A stretch of DNA of 63,584 nucleotides, filler included, from Octopus bimaculoides (lineage: Eukaryota): NCBI RefSeq assembly GCF_001194135.2. It is 6 parts of 6 records of this genome, joined end to end, with 100 filler letters (N's around TTAATTAATTAA, not from the genome) between each part and the next. Parts side by side here need not be neighbours in the genome. Positions count along the whole stretch, not along the records: positions 59,313 to 63,584 come from NC_068982.1; 5 more parts are not named here. One strand, given 5' to 3'. Positions 62,291-63,584 of this stretch are shown here, in pieces. Under the pieces are notes generated by a model. The model searched no databases and was not told where the DNA came from. It saw nothing but the letters and a program-made list of their open reading frames with translations. Position 1 is the first letter of the stretch, and the number at the start of each line of letters is the position of its first letter. The translations under genes and the position numbers were made by a program.

Positions 62291-62899
62291 AGCAATAATA
62301 TGACAACCAGTTAATGATATGGATTAAAAGATATCACTAGCATATTAATATAAACAAGTTACAGATTATCGGTACGCCTAGCAAACCGTGATGTTTAAGT
62401 TGCATATGGATTGGTTAAAAAGGTATTCTGAAAATTTAGCTCATTGAAGCGTTCTAAGAGGTATTAAAGTTGTCAAGAACTCAACTGTCAATTAAACACA
62501 TTTGAAATTTGATGATTATGCTATGTATGGAAGCGCTAATCTAAATTTATGAGCATTAAAAAATAGATCTTTTTATGTTAAAATACCATAATAAAAAACG
62601 TGAAAACCAGACCACGTGACAAAAACGTGAAACCAACTTTATTAGACTGATATATTTTTCTAGGCGGCAACAGCACGCTAAAATTAGTAGTCAGAAGACA
62701 TTGATGATTTTTTACTAGATATTATTGTAAACAATAATATCCTTATATACATATATGTGTGTGTGTGTGTGCGCGCGCGCGTGTGTCTATGTGTGTGTGT
62801 GTGTGTGTATGTGTGTGTGTGTGTGTGTGTGCGTGTGTGTATTTACACACATATATGTATTTGCACATTTGCGCAAATAATTAACCAACATCAATACAC

Positions 62900-63400
62900 T
62901 AATAAGATTGTAACAGCGCAGTGGATGAGCTACAGTGAGAGGCTGAAAAAACACTTCAAGTTTACTCCCTGCAACGAAGACGCGACAGATACGGAATAAT
63001 CTACATACAGAAAATTCTGGAAGGGCTAGTACTTAATTTCGGCATTGACTGTTATACAGATTTCCAGACCGGACGCCATTGTACTGTACAGTGGGTACCG
63101 TTCACCCTTATCTAAAGTCAGGACCAGGTTCTGCAATAGTTCAGGGTTCAAATGCGCACAATTCCCTAACAGCTCTTCGATGACCAACCAAAATATTTAA
63201 GAAACCTACAAGAATGTTGAGGTGGAAGTCTTCAAACACGAACTGAACATTCTCCTCTTCACAATAACAGAAGAACAAACGGCGCAGAACGAGGTACAGA
63301 TAAAGGTATCAGTATTAAACTACCTGCCAAACGGACTAACAACCAAAGGGAAAGCGCATACAAAAAGTGGTGATATGAAAACCCATTATCCCGAAGAAAT
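62900..63400 (+). mobile_element. 3' region of a CR1/L2-group LINE
   Basis: SYSERLK..YSLQRRRDRYGIIYIQKILEGLVLNFGI and VEVFKHELN match YweRLk.l.lySLerRR.Ry.iI..wKIl.GL and FK..Ld. Confidence 0.7.
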
Positions 63401-63509
63401 CACCCAAATAAGAATGGTAATGGAAACAACACGATCAAAGTGGTGCTCCAGCATGAGGGCAGCTGCATAGCTGCATGGCTTAAACTAGTAAGAGTGAAAG
63501 TATAGTATA

Positions 63510-63514
63510 TAGGT

Positions 63515-63584
<70 letters not shown>
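63510..63584. repeat. (GT)n microsatellite
   Basis: Read directly. Confidence 0.97.

Overview
AT-rich, microsatellite-saturated animal genomic DNA from a gappy draft assembly. The SINE families resemble those I recall from octopod cephalopods, so Octopus is the likely source (inference, not searched). Five 100-nt spacers (44 N + TTAATTAATTAA + 44 N) are artificial joins, so the window is six concatenated pieces whose adjacency is not guaranteed. I find no confidently identifiable host protein-coding gene, rRNA, true tRNA gene or CRISPR array. Most ORFs in the supplied track are translated microsatellites or N-runs. Recognisable content is decayed mobile DNA: R4/Dong-like and HERO-like restriction-endonuclease LINEs, Penelope-like (RT + GIY-YIG) fragments, RTE and CR1/L2-group fragments, mariner, Tc3-like, DD37D and Tigger relics, fold-back MITE-like elements and about 25 tRNA-derived SINE copies. 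The most interesting signal is a set of type I hammerhead-ribozyme (HHR) motifs in at least four sequence families. One is intact at 49601-49645 on top of a ~125-nt hairpin, two sit back-to-back in a 438-bp fold-back (9129-9566), two minimal ones are on the minus strand (19270-19313, 20706-20738) and one is decayed (40181-40214). The 9.4-kb and 49.6-kb families also share a downstream two-hairpin module with compensatory base changes, which suggests a non-autonomous, ribozyme-bearing (retrozyme or Penelope-pLTR-like) element system. All alignments and folds were done by eye; repeat boundaries are approximate.
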